Origin: Endomicrobiia bacterium
GTDB lineage: Bacteria; Elusimicrobiota; Endomicrobiia; DTEH01
Direction: 5' to 3'
Length of the DNA stretch: 64,000 nucleotides
NCBI GenBank assembly: GCA_025059805.1
Contig: JANXDG010000068.1
Span: 39,838 to 103,837, forward strand
How positions within the stretch are numbered: position 1 is the stretch's first letter; each line of letters starts with the position of its first letter. The notes below the pieces were generated by a model. The model was not told the DNA's origin. It was given only the letters and a program-made list of their open reading frames with translations, and searched no databases. Shown one piece after another: positions 61,317 to 64,000 of this stretch. The position numbers and the translations under genes are program-made.

Positions 61317-62072
61317 ATGTATATAATTAATTCTTCAAACTTAATACAATATCAGGTTAAAAATTTTTTACTTTTTACTACGACGAGAAAATTCTTTTCT
61401 TTTACCTCTGTCTTTACAAATAATCCTATTTCATCAATTTCCAGAGAAAAAACACAATGTTTGGTAGAATTTTTGCTTAAGTCAAAATCAAAAATAAATC
61501 TTAAAGACAAAATATTACTGCTTTGTGAACAAGTGCACGGAAATAATGTAGTTATGGTAAGTGAAAATACAATGTCAGAAAACTACCAAATAGTGAAAAT
61601 GAAAGATTCCCAACTAAATGAGTTAATTGAGTTAAAATACAGAGTGTTACTTGGAACAGATGGTGTCCTTGCTACACATAAAGAGTATTTAATTATAATA
61701 TTTACAGCGGATTGTGTACCTCTTTTTGTATATTGTGAAAAGCAAGGACTTTTTGGACTTATCCACATTGGAAGAAAGGGTCTTGAAAGTGGTATTATTA
61801 ATAATTTGATAAATACAATAATAAAACAAAAGTTTGACCCTAAAAATATAAAGTTTATACTTGGACCTCATATTTGCTCTAACTGCTACTATGTTAATAA
61901 TTCTAAGTATTATCTGTCTGAGTCTATAGTTAAAGATTTAATCGAAGCAGGTTTTTCAATAAACAATATTTATGTGTCTGACCTATGTACCTACCATCAT
62001 ACGGATATGTTTTTTTCTTACCGTAGAGATAAAAGCCCTTATCGCTTGGTCTCCGCAATAACTCCACTTTAA
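61317..62072 (+). CDS. pgeF: YfiH/PgeF (DUF152) purine-nucleoside-phosphorylase / laccase-domain protein
   Basis: QVHGNNVVMV, FTADCVPLFVY and GLIHIGRKGL conserved His/Cys/His residues. Typical location after ftsZ. Confidence 0.7.
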   Translation: MYIINSSNLIQYQVKNFLLFTTTRKFFSFTSVFTNNPISSISREKTQCLVEFLLKSKSKINLKDKILLLCEQVHGNNVVMVSENTMSENYQIVKMKDSQLNELIELKYRVLLGTDGVLATHKEYLIIIFTADCVPLFVYCEKQGLFGLIHIGRKGLESGIINNLINTIIKQKFDPKNIKFILGPHICSNCYYVNNSKYYLSESIVKDLIEAGFSINNIYVSDLCTYHHTDMFFSYRRDKSPYRLVSAITPL

Positions 62073-62078
62073 ATCCTT

Positions 62079-62097
62079 GTTAAAGTATTACTTTAAC
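62079..62097. repeat. Perfect 9-bp palindrome GTTAAAGTA-t-TACTTTAAC, 7 nt after the pgeF stop, in a 214-bp AT-rich convergent intergenic region
   Basis: Read directly from the sequence. Possible bidirectional terminator or protein-binding site. Confidence 0.3.
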
Positions 62098-62286
62098 TTA
62101 TACAAAATTATCAATACAACAATATTAAAGTAAAATCTTAAAATTATAAAAAATATACGAATATTCATATTATTTCAAAATAAAAAGATAGTAATAATTT
62201 TATTTAATAAATTAACATAATATAGGTTATAGGAAGTTGTTGTGTTGATTGTGAAAATTTTGTTATAAATTTAAAATAGTTGGCTT

Positions 62287-63018
62287 TTAATTATTTTTTT
62301 CTAAACTACAAATACCTATTTTTGAAGCAAAGTTAAGAAGTTGAGGTAATGTTGGTTGTGTAGAGATTACTGGAAGGTATAATGATGAATAAACAAGTGG
62401 CATTTTGATAAGAAGGCCAATTAGCCGAGATTGAACAGAAGTTTTTCCTATAGTGAAGATACTTAAATTGGTAAATATATTTCTTTTAAAACTATTTAAT
62501 TTTCTTAACATATTAAAGTATTGGTTTAAATTTTGTCGCCTGACAACAATTTTTATAATAGGTTTATAGTGTGTATGAAATGTTTTATTTTTAATCTTAT
62601 TAAATACTTGTATCAGTTTTTTCTCTGAGATAGTTTTATTAAAATGGCAAGAAATTATAAGTTTTTTATGATAGTTGTTTGTAAGTTTTGCAATATGAGG
62701 AAAAATTTTTGAAAAAAATTCTATATCTACAAAGTTTACATATTTATGATTTTCTTTTAGTAAATTAGTAATAATATTTTTTCTTTGATTTTCGCTTATT
62801 TTAGTTTTTCCCCCTTCTGCTTTTGACCTAAAAGTCAGAATTATTTTTGTTGATGGGGACAATGATTTTAATTTTGTTATAATCTTATTTATTTTAGAAA
62901 GTTCAGGATATAGAAAATCAGCCCTGATTTCAACTGCATAAATATAATTTTTGTATTTTTTAAAAATGTCTAACTCTTTATTAAGGTTTTGACCTGTCAA
63001 TACAGCAACTAATTTCAT
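62287..63018 (-). CDS. aroD: Type I 3-dehydroquinate dehydratase
   Basis: KLVAVLTG..., IILTFRSKAEGG, SCHFNKT match AroD type I. The likely start is the Met of MKLVAVL at 63018; the tracked ORF extends to 63060. Confidence 0.7.
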   Translation of the reverse strand: MKLVAVLTGQNLNKELDIFKKYKNYIYAVEIRADFLYPELSKINKIITKLKSLSPSTKIILTFRSKAEGGKTKISENQRKNIITNLLKENHKYVNFVDIEFFSKIFPHIAKLTNNYHKKLIISCHFNKTISEKKLIQVFNKIKNKTFHTHYKPIIKIVVRRQNLNQYFNMLRKLNSFKRNIFTNLSIFTIGKTSVQSRLIGLLIKMPLVYSSLYLPVISTQPTLPQLLNFASKIGICSLEKNN

Positions 63019-63569
63019 ATATTTAATAAATTTTTTGTTCTGCTGTAGATACAACCACAATAGTTTTGTCTATAAAGTTTATAATTTTTAGCGAATTGTA
63101 TTGTTTTGTTGAACCCGTTTTGTTTCTTGAAATCAATTTTTAAAAATTTATTTTTGTTAATTCTTTCTCCAATTAAAAAGATAGTATGTGAATTTTTATG
63201 AGGACTTATAGTTAATGTAGTAGTGAAAAACTCATAACCAAGTTTTTCTGCTAAAATTGAGGTTTCTTTCAGACGTAGTTCATAACAGATTTCGCATCTT
63301 TTTCCTCCCTCAGGTTCTAATGAATAACTTCCGCATTGTGAAAACCAAATATCTTGTTCATATTTACTTTCTAGTAGAGAAATCTTGAATATATTGGCTA
63401 CTTTTTCCACAATTTTTTTTCTTTTATAATACTCTTCTTCTGGGTATATATTTGGATTATAGAAAAATCCTGTCACATTATACCCAAGCAATTTAAATCG
63501 ATTGATACATTCCGCCGCACATATCCCACAACAGATATGTAAAAGTACTGAAATTTTTTTCTCATTCAT
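63015..63569 (-). CDS. queH: Epoxyqueuosine reductase QueH (DUF208)
   Basis: N-terminal LLHICCGICA, central EICYELR, and the C-terminal YRQNYCGCIYS cysteine motif characteristic of QueH. Confidence 0.75.
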   Translation of the reverse strand: MNEKKISVLLHICCGICAAECINRFKLLGYNVTGFFYNPNIYPEEEYYKRKKIVEKVANIFKISLLESKYEQDIWFSQCGSYSLEPEGGKRCEICYELRLKETSILAEKLGYEFFTTTLTISPHKNSHTIFLIGERINKNKFLKIDFKKQNGFNKTIQFAKNYKLYRQNYCGCIYSRTKNLLNI

Positions 63570-64000
63570 ATACTTTTTTTGTAATTCTTTCTATTTCTTT
63601 TTTGTGAAATTCTGCCATCTTGGGTTGATTTAAGTATGTGTATAACTTAAGAAGATCTATATGGGTATAAATAAAGTCAGGATCTATTTTTAAAGCTTCT
63701 TTGTATTCTTGTATAGCTTTTTCAAATTGACTTAATGAAACATAAATTCTTGCCAAGTTATGACGTGGTTGTGGAAAGGTATTATCTAAAGAGATAGCTT
63801 TTTTATAATGCAAGATAGCTTTATCTATTTCACCCATTTCAGCAGCTGCCATTGCAAAATTGTTGTTTGCAGCTACAGAGTTTGGATTATATTTTAGAAT
63901 ATGCTGAAAAAATGAATATGAATCTTTCCATACAAAATTTTGTTTATAAGTAAGAAAGCTAAAAATTATTAAGATAGGAATTAGTAAGTATTTAGTCCAG
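63562..64000 (-). CDS. Membrane-anchored TPR-repeat protein, 5' partial (N-terminus beyond the window end)
   Basis: TPR repeats (AILHYKKAISLDNTFPQPRHNLARIYVSLSQFEKAIQEYKEALKIDP). The reading frame stays open upstream through a TM segment (LLIPILIIFSFL) to position 64000. Confidence 0.6.
   Translation of the reverse strand, partial: WTKYLLIPILIIFSFLTYKQNFVWKDSYSFFQHILKYNPNSVAANNNFAMAAAEMGEIDKAILHYKKAISLDNTFPQPRHNLARIYVSLSQFEKAIQEYKEALKIDPDFIYTHIDLLKLYTYLNQPKMAEFHKKEIERITKKVYE

Overview
This is an AT-rich (about 30% GC), gene-dense bacterial chromosomal window. Coding is almost all on the + strand, and overlapping stop/start codons mark several operons. What I recognise with confidence:
- A trpB 3' fragment, then folC, trxB, lepB, a short NfeD-like protein and a convergent gltD-family oxidoreductase.
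- recG, coaX and groES-groEL with a strong intrinsic terminator after groEL.
- A lipid-linked glycan module (WecA/MraY-like transferase, Glf-like flavoenzyme, ArnE/EamA-like 4-TM protein, GT4 glycosyltransferase).
- NAD-IDH-like dehydrogenase and ackA, then the classic yceD-rpmF-plsX-fabH-[PilZ]-fabD-fabG-acpP-fabF-rnc block.
- tRNA-Glu(TTC) and tRNA-Pro(CGG).
- A malic enzyme with an odd C-terminal extension, acylphosphatase, a short RpoD-like sigma factor, apt, a GYD-domain protein, tRNA-Arg(CCT), a TPR protein, a putative outer-membrane barrel protein, a GH57 glycoside hydrolase, a stand-alone aspartokinase-beta-like ACT protein, PBP1A on the - strand, and a fused mannose-1-P guanylyltransferase/phosphomannomutase.
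- cutA, def, fmt, a DUF116-like Cys protein and hemW.
- A queuosine block (queD-queC-queE-[DUF62 SAM hydroxide adenosyltransferase]-[rlmI]-queF).
- murC-murB-ddl-ftsQ-ftsA-ftsZ with pilT directly behind ftsZ, then pgeF.
- aroD, queH and a partial TPR protein on the - strand.
The most unusual locus is 41997-47227. It encodes a membrane protein that joins a FliF/YscJ-type ring-building periplasmic domain to FliG middle and C domains, and an in-frame TAA interrupts the conserved FliG C-terminus. Immediately downstream are motA, two motB paralogs and an orphan HAMP histidine kinase. No other flagellar genes appear anywhere in the 64 kb. I found no CRISPR arrays, rRNA or obvious mobile elements.
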